A stretch of DNA of 63,508 nt, counting the filler. It is 3 parts of 3 records of this genome, joined end to end, with 100 filler letters (N's around TTAATTAATTAA, not from the genome) between each part and the next. Parts side by side here need not be neighbours in the genome. Positions count along the whole stretch, not along the records: positions 23,236 to 42,685 come from SRR31156797_2481; 2 more parts are not named here. The stretch is one strand, 5' to 3'. Within the stretch, counting starts at the first letter, position 1. Each line of letters opens with the position of its first letter. The notes under the pieces are model-generated. The model was not told the DNA's origin, made no database searches, and saw nothing but the letters and a program-made list of their open reading frames with translations. The translations under genes and the position numbers were made by a program. Below, piece by piece: positions 23,136-32,625 of this stretch.

Positions 23136-23235
23136 NNNNNNNNNNNNNNNNNNNNNNNNNNNNNNNNNNNNNNNNNNNNTTAATTAATTAANNNNNNNNN
23201 NNNNNNNNNNNNNNNNNNNNNNNNNNNNNNNNNNN
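23136..23235. other. Artificial contig linker
   Basis: 44 N + TTAATTAATTAA (stops in all six frames) + 44 N; genes on both sides are truncated. Confidence 0.97.
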
Positions 23236-24609
23236 ATCAAACATTTTATAAATGTCTGATGATGGTTGGTGAATTACTACAAATATTAATTTTCCTTTTA
23301 GAGCTAATTCTCTTAAAAGGTCCATTACATTTTCTGAGTCACGGGATGAAAGACCCGAGGTGGGTTCATCAACAAAAAGGATAGAAGGTTCGCGAATTAG
23401 CTCCAGCGCAATGTTCAGGCGTTTTCTTTGTCCTCCACTAATGGTTTTGTTTAATGGAGATCCAACTTTTAAGTCTTTCCTTTCAAAGAGCCCTAAGTTT
23501 TTAAGCGTTTTTTCAACTAAACCATCTATTTCTTCTTCGCTTTTATCTTTGAAACAAAGCTTTGCGTTGTAGTATAGGTTTTGATAGACAGTTAGTTCGC
23601 TAATTAACAGATCATCCTGAGGAATAAATCCAATAACTCCTTCAATCTTTTCAGGTTCTTCATGGATATTAATTCCATTGATTTTTACATCTCCTACTGA
23701 AGGTTTTTCAAGGCCTGTAAGTAAATTGAGCAGGGTTGTTTTTCCTGCTCCTGATGCACCCATAATTCCTATGAGTTTACCTTGCTCTTCAGATAAATTG
23801 ATATCTCTTAAACCAATACCGCCATTAGGAAATGTAAAACCAGCTTCTCTTACATTAAATGTAATTCTGGATGATGTGAGATCAGCAAGAAAATGAGCTA
23901 CTACATCAGAGTAATAGACTGGCTTACCTTTAGTGAGTTTGAGCGTGCTTCCGTTAGCGAAAAGGTAAATGCTTCGGTTGTTAAGTGGCAGTCCGTTGAG
24001 AAAAATTGTTTGATTTCCTGTGTAACGCAGAAAGTAAAGGTCAACACTTTTAATTTGTAATACAAGTAGATTTCCGTCGAGGTCTTCGCTATGGATGTGT
24101 TTACTATCAGTGCCGTCTCCTTCTTTTGCTGCGGTAATTTTTAAGATGTGGGGGTTACTAATTTTCTCTGGTGCCTCTACCACAAATGATTCTGTACTTT
24201 CAAGTTCTTCGGTAAGAATGTTAAATACCTCAGCTACGGTATTTATAATGGCCATTCTTTGCTCTGTAAATTGTCTATCAGTATTAACAAGCTCAAACAA
24301 ACGCACAAGTACAACAACTTTTTGCTTTTGATTAAGTTTTTTGTTAATCTTTTTACAAATACCAAGAATCTTTACAGAATCTTTAACCGATGTAAGCTGA
24401 CGCTCTTTATTTTTATCCTCATCAATTTTGTCAGGATCAAAATCAGCGTGTTTATAAAAAAGTTTGAGATATTCTTCCACAGCATCTTTGCTGAGCTGCG
24501 AAATAAGGAAAGTTTTCACAAACTCCACTTCGCTCTCTTGCACGCCATCATCTTGTTTTGCAATAATGGCAAAAAGCTGCATTAACGCCTTTAATATCTC
24601 TTCACTCAT
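23236..24609 (-). CDS. ABC transporter ATP-binding protein with N-terminal TerB-like domain and ABCG/White-type NBD (3' end cut by contig end)
   Basis: Walker A GASGAGKTT, signature ISGGQRKR, Walker B LFVDEPTSGL, IHQPSSDIYKMFD; N-terminus LFAIIAKQDDGVQESE. Confidence 0.85.
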
Positions 24610-24651
24610 AAATTAAAAGTTACGCCTTGATAAATTGATCAGACAAAATAA

Positions 24652-25035
24652 TTAGTCAAGCGAATAGCTTACTTGCTCAAATGGTACTTCCACAATATCA
24701 GCATATTCTTCTCCAGCTTCTTCCATATCTTCGTCATCTTCAGGGAAATGCCATCTGATAAGTATTTCTTTATCATCTTCGTGCATTTCTTCAAGCTTTA
24801 ACAAGATATCAAGAATAAGCTTTGAAGACGCTGTGTTGAAGTAAACCAGTTTGAAATTGAAAACTGTCTTTTCGTTTGGTTCTTCAGCGTATCTGTCTAA
24901 CCAATCAAGAATAGGCTCATAAAAAGCGGCTACATCTTCTGGTAATGAACGTCCTGATATTTCAAAAATCTCATTTGGGGCGTCTAAAGTTACACTTGGT
25001 GTATCGTCTGTTCCTATAATCTTAATTACTTCCAT
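24652..25035 (-). CDS. SiaC-family (DUF1987) regulatory phosphoprotein
   Basis: TP.V, ISGRSLPED...FY.PI..WL, L.YFNTASSK (phosphoacceptor Thr motif), DEDMEEAGEEY. Confidence 0.88.
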   Translation of the reverse strand: MEVIKIIGTDDTPSVTLDAPNEIFEISGRSLPEDVAAFYEPILDWLDRYAEEPNEKTVFNFKLVYFNTASSKLILDILLKLEEMHEDDKEILIRWHFPEDDEDMEEAGEEYADIVEVPFEQVSYSLD

Positions 25036-25048
25036 GGTTTATGTTAGT

Positions 25049-25627
25049 TTAATTGTTTCTTGAAATTTTAGATGTAAATACAAAGAAAGAATACTCATCA
25101 TTTATTGATAAGAAGTTGTAATATAACTTATTGCCTGTTTTTTTGGCAATATCAATAAATCCAAGTCCTGCTCCACCTTTGTTCGAAAGTCTTCCTTCTT
25201 TAATTTGTTGCTTGTAAAGCATTTTAAGACCGTCTTTGTCAAGACTGTTGATTTTTTCGAGCATTTCTCTAATTTGATCAACTTTCGATTTGTTTAATAC
25301 GTTTCCAGTAGTAATGTTGTATGAATCAACATTTTTACTCAGCATAAAAATGCCCCGACCATCTTTTTTGAGGTCGTTGACATCTACGGTCTCAGCGTGC
25401 TTGCTAATGTTTTGCAAACACTCTACCATAACATGGAAAACCTTCTTCTGGGTCGACGGTCCCTCTTCGTCGGCCTCCATGTTTGTTTCTGTCAATGAGG
25501 TAAATGCTTTAGTTATTTGGTGAGTGACTTCACCTTCATAAACAAGCGTTACCTCATGGTCTTTCATAGTTTTGTAAAAACTATAGACAAATTCGAGGAA
25601 ATCTTTAATATCTACTTTGTCATCCAT
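25049..25627 (-). CDS. SiaB-family GHKL protein kinase
   Basis: VECLQNISKH, TGN, GGAGLGFIDIAKK; adjacent to the SiaC-family gene. Confidence 0.85.
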   Translation of the reverse strand: MDDKVDIKDFLEFVYSFYKTMKDHEVTLVYEGEVTHQITKAFTSLTETNMEADEEGPSTQKKVFHVMVECLQNISKHAETVDVNDLKKDGRGIFMLSKNVDSYNITTGNVLNKSKVDQIREMLEKINSLDKDGLKMLYKQQIKEGRLSNKGGAGLGFIDIAKKTGNKLYYNFLSINDEYSFFVFTSKISRNN

Positions 25628-25651
25628 AACAGTTATTTTGTTTGAAGGATA

Positions 25652-28282
25652 TTAAAACTCTATACCTATTAGTAACACATCATCAATTTGTTTGTTATCT
25701 CCTTTCCATTTCTGGAAGTCTTTTTCAAAATAATCATTAAACTTAGCCATTGAATATTCTGCATTGGCAATTAATGCCTCTCTTATTCGTTTAGCTTGAT
25801 ATTTTCTTTTGTCAGGGCCACCTACCTGGTCTGGCAATCCATCTGAGAAAAAGAATATCTTGTCGCCTTGTTCCATCTGCAATTCGTAATTCTCAAAATC
25901 TTTTTCCGGCTTTTTACCCAATGGTATACCTCCAATGGCTTTTCTATTTCCTTTATATTCAGTCAACTCACTATTTCTTAATAGATAAAGTGGCCTGTGT
26001 GCACCTGCGTAATGCAGATGATTTGTTTTCAAGTTTATTTTACAGAAAGCAATATCCATTCCATCTCTAGCATTTGCACCTGCTTTATCCTGTCGCAATG
26101 CGGATCTTACACCTACATGAAATTTATCTAATATTTGTCCTGCATTCATTTCTTCATCATGGTCTACTACATTATTTAAAATGAAATATCCAATGAAGGA
26201 AAGTAGAGCGCCCGGTACACCATGACCAGTACAGTCAACAGCAGCAATGTAAATATAATCTCCTTTTTCAAAGAACCATGGGAAATCACCACTTACTACA
26301 TCTCTTGGTTTATAGAAGATGAATGATTTTGGCACAAACTCTTGTATATGAACCGTATTAGGCAGTAATGATTTTTGAATTCTTTCGGCGTAATTAATAC
26401 TTTCTGTAATATTTTTATTTTTTTCCTTTATCTCATTCTCAATTTTCTTTTGCTCGGTGATGTCATGAGCAACAAAAAGAATTGTTTCCAACTCACTTTC
26501 TTCGTTAAATTCAGGTATTGTGCTAACCTGCATTATTCTATCTCCAAAATTAGTTGGAAAAACAGTTTCGTAGTTTTGTTTTTGAGTTGATTTTACGGTG
26601 TCTTTAATGGCTTCAGTAAAGAAGTTTTTAATGTCTTCTTTAAACTCAACTTCATGCAGTTTTTTAGTGACAATTGTTTTGTTATCGACGCCGGTAAATA
26701 TCTTTACAATTGGATTGGCGTAGAAGAATTGACCCTCTTCGTTCAACCGCATGATCATATCGGGAGAGTTTTCTGAAAGGGCTTGCATTTTACTTTTCAT
26801 GCGTTCCTCTTTCTCTGCTCTTTTACGCTCTGTAATATCTTGAGAATTAAGGATAATTCCAGCAATGGCTTCATCTTCAAGCAGGTTTCTTCCTGTTGTT
26901 TCAAGGTATATTTTTTTACCTGCTTTGTTCATATAAGTATATTGAATTACGATGGTTTCTTCGGGCTCATCCAATAGCTTCTTGAACATATTTTGTAATT
27001 CTCTCGTTCCTTTTGCTGTAAGTCGATCAAGGTCTTTACCTTCCATCATTTCCTGCACAGTAAAGCCATAAATATTAGCTACTGAAGGGCTTATGTATTT
27101 AAGGTGTAGTTCTTGATCATAAATAGATATAACCTCTGATGCATTTTCAAGTAATGAATGCAATCTTTTTTGTGCATTTTCAACTTCGGTAATTTGTTGT
27201 TCCAGTTTGGAATTTGATCGCTCAAGTTCTTCATGCGTCGCACGCATTTCTTCAGCATTTTGTCTCAATTCTTCTTCGTTTTCTTTAAGCTCTTCAGTCA
27301 TTTCCTGAGAATCACGAAGTAGTTTTTCTGTTCTTTTATTAACCTTGAGGTTGAAAAGTGTTCTGGCAATTACATCACTAAGTTCGGTAAGGAAATTTAT
27401 TGTTAGGTCGGATATGTCTTTGTCAAGTGATGCAAATTCTAATACACCCTGTAGTTTTTCATCTGTTATAAGAGGGACTACAAGTATAGAGTTTGGTTTT
27501 TGCTCTTTTAGTAACCCGGAAGTAATTGTTAGGTAGTCTTCAGGTATTTCTTTTCTATAGATAATATCCATCTCAAATGCAGCTTGCCCTACTAAGCCTT
27601 CACCAATTTTAAATTGTTGATTCACATACTTTCTTCGGTTGTAGGCATAAGTTGCTTTATTTTCAATGATATTTTCTTCTTCGTCATAAATATAAAATGC
27701 TCCCTGCACAACTTTAATATAATCAATCAAATTTACAAGCGTATCATAGGCAAGTTCATCAAGATCATTGTGCAGCCTTAGAATGGTAGCTATTTTATCT
27801 TTACCGGCGGTTATCCAGCTTCTTTCAGATTCTTTCTTAGAAGTTTGTAGTAGATTATTCTTCATCCTGATCAGGGATTTTCCAAGTAAATCCTGATCAT
27901 CAATAGCGGCTTCTTCTATATCAAGTTTCCCCTCACCAATTTGTTTGGCAAAGTATGCGTTTCGTTGTATGATTGATTTCTTCTCTTCGAGATCGTTATC
28001 GTATGATTTTTCCAGATTTTCAATCCATCTTTCCAGTCTGTAGCCAATTATTCCAAGTACAATTGGGAATAAATCAAAAATAAATACAAGGTTATTGTTT
28101 TTATGCATTTCAACTATTCCAAAAATGTTAAGTTCATAGTTGTTTGAAATGAACTCAATCATCCAGATAGATAGCGGAAAAACAAGACTAACTAAGACTA
28201 AACCCGTGGGAAACCTGGATTCAGTTCCGTAGCCAAGTAAAAACTTCCTTATTTGTATGCCTCTTATTTGATTACTCTCCAT
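25652..28282 (-). CDS. Membrane sensor phosphatase: TM-HAMP-like-GAF-coiled coil-PAS-PAS-SpoIIE/PP2C (SiaA analogue)
   Basis: GAF FKIGEGLVGQAA; PAS ends QDITERK and HDITEQK; PP2C VSGDF, DCTGHGVPGA, DGMD, SDGLPDQ, IDDV. Confidence 0.9.
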   Translation of the reverse strand: MESNQIRGIQIRKFLLGYGTESRFPTGLVLVSLVFPLSIWMIEFISNNYELNIFGIVEMHKNNNLVFIFDLFPIVLGIIGYRLERWIENLEKSYDNDLEEKKSIIQRNAYFAKQIGEGKLDIEEAAIDDQDLLGKSLIRMKNNLLQTSKKESERSWITAGKDKIATILRLHNDLDELAYDTLVNLIDYIKVVQGAFYIYDEEENIIENKATYAYNRRKYVNQQFKIGEGLVGQAAFEMDIIYRKEIPEDYLTITSGLLKEQKPNSILVVPLITDEKLQGVLEFASLDKDISDLTINFLTELSDVIARTLFNLKVNKRTEKLLRDSQEMTEELKENEEELRQNAEEMRATHEELERSNSKLEQQITEVENAQKRLHSLLENASEVISIYDQELHLKYISPSVANIYGFTVQEMMEGKDLDRLTAKGTRELQNMFKKLLDEPEETIVIQYTYMNKAGKKIYLETTGRNLLEDEAIAGIILNSQDITERKRAEKEERMKSKMQALSENSPDMIMRLNEEGQFFYANPIVKIFTGVDNKTIVTKKLHEVEFKEDIKNFFTEAIKDTVKSTQKQNYETVFPTNFGDRIMQVSTIPEFNEESELETILFVAHDITEQKKIENEIKEKNKNITESINYAERIQKSLLPNTVHIQEFVPKSFIFYKPRDVVSGDFPWFFEKGDYIYIAAVDCTGHGVPGALLSFIGYFILNNVVDHDEEMNAGQILDKFHVGVRSALRQDKAGANARDGMDIAFCKINLKTNHLHYAGAHRPLYLLRNSELTEYKGNRKAIGGIPLGKKPEKDFENYELQMEQGDKIFFFSDGLPDQVGGPDKRKYQAKRIREALIANAEYSMAKFNDYFEKDFQKWKGDNKQIDDVLLIGIEF

Positions 28283-28288
28283 ATAATT

Positions 28289-29050
28289 CTACTTATCTGT
28301 CTCTGAATAGTGTTTGGCCAATTTGTTCAAGATTGTATTTAGTTTCTCAAGTTTTTTGTCATTTAGTTCTTCAAAAAAGGCCAATTCGGTTAATGCCACC
28401 GTTTTGTCCTTATGAACCATTGGTGCTATTAGAATAAGCACCGGCTTTCTTTTGCCTAACCCTGAAATAACTTCTGTATAATTTTCAGGTAGTTCTTTAA
28501 GCACAATTTGTTTTTTATCCCGTGCAGCCTGCCCTGTCAATCCTTCTCCAATCTTAAACGGCTGTGGTTCTTCTTCTCCATAATAGGCATAAGTACTTAG
28601 AACTTGAAAAGCATCTGTTTCTTTGTCAAACTTATAAACCAATCCTTGAACAATACTTAATTCTTTTCCTAGTTGTGCAAGTAATTTCTCCGATAATGTT
28701 AAAGGGTTTGTTTCCTTTGATAACTGAGCAATTAATTTGTCAAATTCTTCTGCTTGTTGCTGCTTTTCGTCCTCTTCTTCTGTGTTTTTTTGGTTTATAA
28801 TGTCGTTTATCGTGATTTCCTGACGTGTCTCAGTCTCTTTTTCTTTAAGCAGGTCCTTTGTTTGTTTATAAAGATTTGTTCCAATTGTATAAATTCTAAT
28901 AATCCCTAAAATGATTACTAATGTCAGTCCTGCCAAAATATAATTGAATCCGAAAAAGTTTAAGCTTACAGCATAGGCTCCAATTAAGGCTAAAATGACA
29001 ATAACCAGGTAAATGGAAAGAAAAGATCTATATTTCTCAATTTGATTCAT
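28289..29050 (-). CDS. Two-TM GAF-domain protein without output domain
   Basis: Two TM helices, then GAF (YAY...FKIGEGLTGQAA...ISGLG...P). Confidence 0.8.
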   Translation of the reverse strand: MNQIEKYRSFLSIYLVIVILALIGAYAVSLNFFGFNYILAGLTLVIILGIIRIYTIGTNLYKQTKDLLKEKETETRQEITINDIINQKNTEEEDEKQQQAEEFDKLIAQLSKETNPLTLSEKLLAQLGKELSIVQGLVYKFDKETDAFQVLSTYAYYGEEEPQPFKIGEGLTGQAARDKKQIVLKELPENYTEVISGLGKRKPVLILIAPMVHKDKTVALTELAFFEELNDKKLEKLNTILNKLAKHYSETDK

Positions 29051-29060
29051 AATTGCGAAA

Positions 29061-29627
29061 TTACTGTAATTTTAATAAAAATCGTATTATTTCGTCCGTT
29101 TTCATAACATGGTCAATATTTGTAGCCTGCAATGATGCATTTGTCATTGTAGGTACTTGACACTCTTTTGGATCCTGCACTATGGTTAAGCCTCCATTGT
29201 CTTTAACTTTTTTAATTCCCATTGCGCCATCCTTGTTGGCCCCGGATAGAATAATACCAATTAGTTTCTGTTTATAATTATATGATGCTGAGATAAATGA
29301 TAAATCTATTGAAGGTCTGGAATGATTAACCGAATCTTCTGTAGATAAAGCAAATTTATTCCCGAGTTCAATGTACATATGGTAATTGGCTGGTGCTAAG
29401 TAAATTATGCCGGATTTTATTGGATCCTTGTCATCCGGTTCACGTACTGGCATACCAGCTTTTATTGAAAGAGCTTCTACAAAGCCAGACCGCACATGTT
29501 TTAGCCTGTGTAGGCATAAAAACACAGGTAATGGGAAACTTTTAGGTAATGCTGCAATAATGCGTGTAATTACCTGAAAACTTCCTGCACTTCCTCCTAT
29601 TATGACTGCTTTGTACTTTGGTGTCAT
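29061..29627 (-). CDS. cheB: Stand-alone CheB-type glutamate methylesterase (no receiver domain)
   Basis: IGGSAGS, LHRL, YLAPANYH, RPSID, ILSGANKDGA; Ser-His-Asp triad present. Confidence 0.9.
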   Translation of the reverse strand: MTPKYKAVIIGGSAGSFQVITRIIAALPKSFPLPVFLCLHRLKHVRSGFVEALSIKAGMPVREPDDKDPIKSGIIYLAPANYHMYIELGNKFALSTEDSVNHSRPSIDLSFISASYNYKQKLIGIILSGANKDGAMGIKKVKDNGGLTIVQDPKECQVPTMTNASLQATNIDHVMKTDEIIRFLLKLQ

Positions 29628-30455
29628 TTATTCAGCTCGTTTCTTATATATTTTTTCTTCTTTATTTAGGACATTTACTTTACTAAAATATGATGTGCTT
29701 TCTAAAGATTCTTTACTTCCAATGGAAATTACTCCACCTAACAAAGTCGACTTTAAAAGCTTTTCAACAACTTTATCTTGCAAAGATGGATTGAAGTATA
29801 TCAGCCGATTTCTATAAATAACCAGATGGTACCCTTTTAAAGGCTCATCAGTTAAAAATGAATATTTTCTGAATTCAACATTTTCAATCAACTCACTATT
29901 CATTTTGGCTTTTACTCCTTCAACTTTATAATATGCGCTTAGACTTGAAATATCTGAGAATCGTTTATAATTTGCTTCACCGATTTCTATCTTTTTCAAA
30001 TCATAAAGTCCACCTTTTTTTATTTGCTCAATTCTCAGGTCACTAAGACTTGTTGCTAATACTTTTGCATGCTTTAGCATACCTGTTTCTTTGAGCATTA
30101 TAAGCAAGGTATATAAATCATCACCACTGGTTACGCCGGGGACTAATACCTTGAAATCTCTATTTTTATATAAGTCAGGCAAATATTTATCCCGTATATC
30201 TCTCCAACTGGAAGGATCGCGAAACATTTCTGTTGTGTCTACTAATCCCTGACTTAAATACTTTTCAAATAAAAGCTGATTATTCTCGATGTTCGATATG
30301 AAATCAACAATACTTGAATAATTATTTTCATTCATGACATACAACAACCTTCTTTTGAAGGCAGTTAAGGCAAAACCCATAAAGTCAAGGCCATAAACTT
30401 CCTTTATAGCTCCAATAACTTTTTTAGTATCTACTATGCCTATATCGTATATCAT
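29628..30455 (-). CDS. Degenerate CheR-family methyltransferase
   Basis: TEMFRDP and RN.LIYF retained; GVTSGDD, ATSLS and IYRN replace GCSxGEE, ATDI and FCRN. Confidence 0.8.
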   Translation of the reverse strand: MIYDIGIVDTKKVIGAIKEVYGLDFMGFALTAFKRRLLYVMNENNYSSIVDFISNIENNQLLFEKYLSQGLVDTTEMFRDPSSWRDIRDKYLPDLYKNRDFKVLVPGVTSGDDLYTLLIMLKETGMLKHAKVLATSLSDLRIEQIKKGGLYDLKKIEIGEANYKRFSDISSLSAYYKVEGVKAKMNSELIENVEFRKYSFLTDEPLKGYHLVIYRNRLIYFNPSLQDKVVEKLLKSTLLGGVISIGSKESLESTSYFSKVNVLNKEEKIYKKRAE

Positions 30456-31298
30456 TTAATAAGCTTTCTTTTTATAAACTCCTTTTGTCCTTTCAAAACT
30501 ATTTGACACCGGTCCCAAAATACTTTCATGGGCGCCAAGTATTAGATAACCATCTCTGTATAAGTTATTGCTAAATAGTTCCAGTACTTTATTTTGGAGG
30601 TTGTTGTTAAAATATATGATCACATTTCTACAGAAAATAATATCAAATTTTGAGTAGAATATATTTTTATCGTTTACAAGGTCATGTTTTCTAAATACCG
30701 TTTTATCTCTCAGGAATTTTTTCATTTTGATAGTATCCTGAGTTTTATCGATGTCGAAATATTTTTCGTACGGAACATCTTTAACGTCTTCGTAGTTGTA
30801 TGGGTTTTCTTTAATAACTTTGTCAAAATTGTCCAGATATTGAAGATTAAATCGGTATCTATACTCACCTTCTTTGGCTTTCTCAAGCATGTCGGTGTTA
30901 ATGTCTGTTGCAAAAACTTTGGCTTTATCAAACAAGTCTAGCTCTGAAAGTAAAATTAACATTGAGTAAATTTCCTGCCCGCTGGAGCATCCTGCATGCC
31001 AAATGAAAATTGATTTGTTTTTGCGGAACTTTGGTAAGATTCTATATTTTAGTGTGATCCAAAGTTCAGGATCTCTGAACAATTCGGTGGTATTGACAGT
31101 AATGTCTTTTATAATCCGCTCAAGAAATTCTTTATCTCTACCAATCTTACTGATCAATTCAGTCATGTTCATTCTTGAGTCGCTAAGAATTTTATCAATT
31201 CTTCGCTTAAAAGAACGCTCTGAATAATCAGAAAAGTCGTATGTAGACACGCTTTTTATGGCATCGATAAACTTATTTACCTCTTCTTCTGTGATCAT
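30456..31298 (-). CDS. cheR: CheR-type glutamate O-methyltransferase
   Basis: VNTTELFRDP, IWHAGCSSGQE.YS, ATDIN, FDIIFCRNVIIYF, LGAHES. Confidence 0.92.
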   Translation of the reverse strand: MITEEEVNKFIDAIKSVSTYDFSDYSERSFKRRIDKILSDSRMNMTELISKIGRDKEFLERIIKDITVNTTELFRDPELWITLKYRILPKFRKNKSIFIWHAGCSSGQEIYSMLILLSELDLFDKAKVFATDINTDMLEKAKEGEYRYRFNLQYLDNFDKVIKENPYNYEDVKDVPYEKYFDIDKTQDTIKMKKFLRDKTVFRKHDLVNDKNIFYSKFDIIFCRNVIIYFNNNLQNKVLELFSNNLYRDGYLILGAHESILGPVSNSFERTKGVYKKKAY

Positions 31299-31329
31299 AA
31301 AGGCTTAACCAGAATTATGTTGGTTTATA

Positions 31330-31358
31330 CAAAAATAACCAAGTACGTTTCAAATGTA
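31330..31358 (-). promoter_or_regulatory. Bacteroidota -7 promoter elements upstream of the cheR operon
   Basis: Minus-strand TATTTTTG (31330-31337) and TACATTTG (31351-31358) both match TAnnTTTG. Confidence 0.55.
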
Positions 31359-31478
31359 ATAATTTATTTTAAAAAAATGACCGGGTTTATTTTACCGTTT
31401 TTGTGTTATTTGCTTTTTTTTAGGCTTAAATGAACTTTAGTTTAATATGGGAGTCCCTAAATGTTATTACAACTGTTG

Positions 31479-32522
31479 TTAATCAAATAATATTTTTATT
31501 GTCACAGGATTATGATCACTGTTTTTGAAACCTAAATCCATGGTCGTTGTTTCAATAGCTTTTAGGTTTGGTGATAGTAAGAAGTAGTCAATAATGGTTT
31601 TATATGAATTTTTATTTAAAGGTTTATCCAGACCCCTATTAGTAGGGTGATTTGGATCGTAAGCAAATGTCCAATCTTCAGGTAAAAAATCCCCTGGAAC
31701 TGTTTTTGGTATAAATTTGTCATTTTTGGGCTCGCTTCCGAAATGATTTAATTTAATGCCTTCTGGGACTTGATTCCAATCAGCTCCAACTATTACATAA
31801 TGACCTTTCTGATATTTTTTCAGCATCCATTCTTTTAATTGATTCATTTGCATTGCTCGCAAATTTCCATCATCATAAGCGGTATTGTGCGAATTTACAA
31901 CAAAAAGTGTGTCTGTTTCATTTATTGGAAATGCTAAACTGGTGAAGCACCGGTCTAACATAAAGAGAGACTTTGGCCAGGAATAGTTTCCTTTAAATTG
32001 ATGTCTGATTATGTTGGCGGGTGTGTATTTGCTTCCGGTTAAAATACCGGAGTTCACTTTTCCCAATGGGTCGCCCAGGGGTATTGGTATGAATTTAACT
32101 TTATAGTTATAGGTAAAATACCAAAAGTGACTATTTACCCCATTTTGAATTTTTTCTTGTTGGTTGACTTCATAAGAGCGTTTGGAATCAATATCGACTT
32201 CTTGCAAAAGGATAAGATCATTTTGTTTTTGTGATTTAAGAAAATTTAGAATTGCCGAAAGATTAGACTGGGCAATTCCTTTTGTGGTTTGCATATTTTC
32301 CCCTCCGTCATAAAAAAAGTCCATATCTGCACCAAGTCCGGCATATCCTATATTCCATGTTAGAATTGATAATGTATCTTGTTTTAGCCAGTCCGTTTTA
32401 TTTTCTTCTAAGACTATTTTTTCTATGGGTTTGTAATCAGAAAATGTTGCCCAGGCTAGAAAAGCACCAAAAGCAATTATAAGCGTAATAATCGTTTGAA
32501 TAAGTATTCTTACAATTTTCAT
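31479..32522 (-). CDS. Endonuclease/exonuclease/phosphatase family protein with N-terminal anchor
   Basis: LTWNIGY, LLQEVD, GADWN, IDYFL.S, SDHNPV. Confidence 0.88.
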   Translation of the reverse strand: MKIVRILIQTIITLIIAFGAFLAWATFSDYKPIEKIVLEENKTDWLKQDTLSILTWNIGYAGLGADMDFFYDGGENMQTTKGIAQSNLSAILNFLKSQKQNDLILLQEVDIDSKRSYEVNQQEKIQNGVNSHFWYFTYNYKVKFIPIPLGDPLGKVNSGILTGSKYTPANIIRHQFKGNYSWPKSLFMLDRCFTSLAFPINETDTLFVVNSHNTAYDDGNLRAMQMNQLKEWMLKKYQKGHYVIVGADWNQVPEGIKLNHFGSEPKNDKFIPKTVPGDFLPEDWTFAYDPNHPTNRGLDKPLNKNSYKTIIDYFLLSPNLKAIETTTMDLGFKNSDHNPVTIKILFD

Positions 32523-32582
32523 GATTTATAAATTTTCAGAACATCTAAGATAGTATTTTTCATACTTAAATAATAAAAATAG

Positions 32583-32590
32583 TATCTTTG
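32583..32590 (+). promoter_or_regulatory. Bacteroidota -7 promoter element for purQ
   Basis: TATCTTTG matches TAnnTTTG, about 35 nt before the start. Confidence 0.55.
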
Positions 32591-32625
32591 ACCCGAAATT
32601 AATGGTATCAAAAAAAGCATTACTT

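Noticed and set aside
23180-23191. TTAATTAATTAA palindrome as a biological site
   Set aside because: Part of the synthetic linker, repeated identically at 42730-42741.
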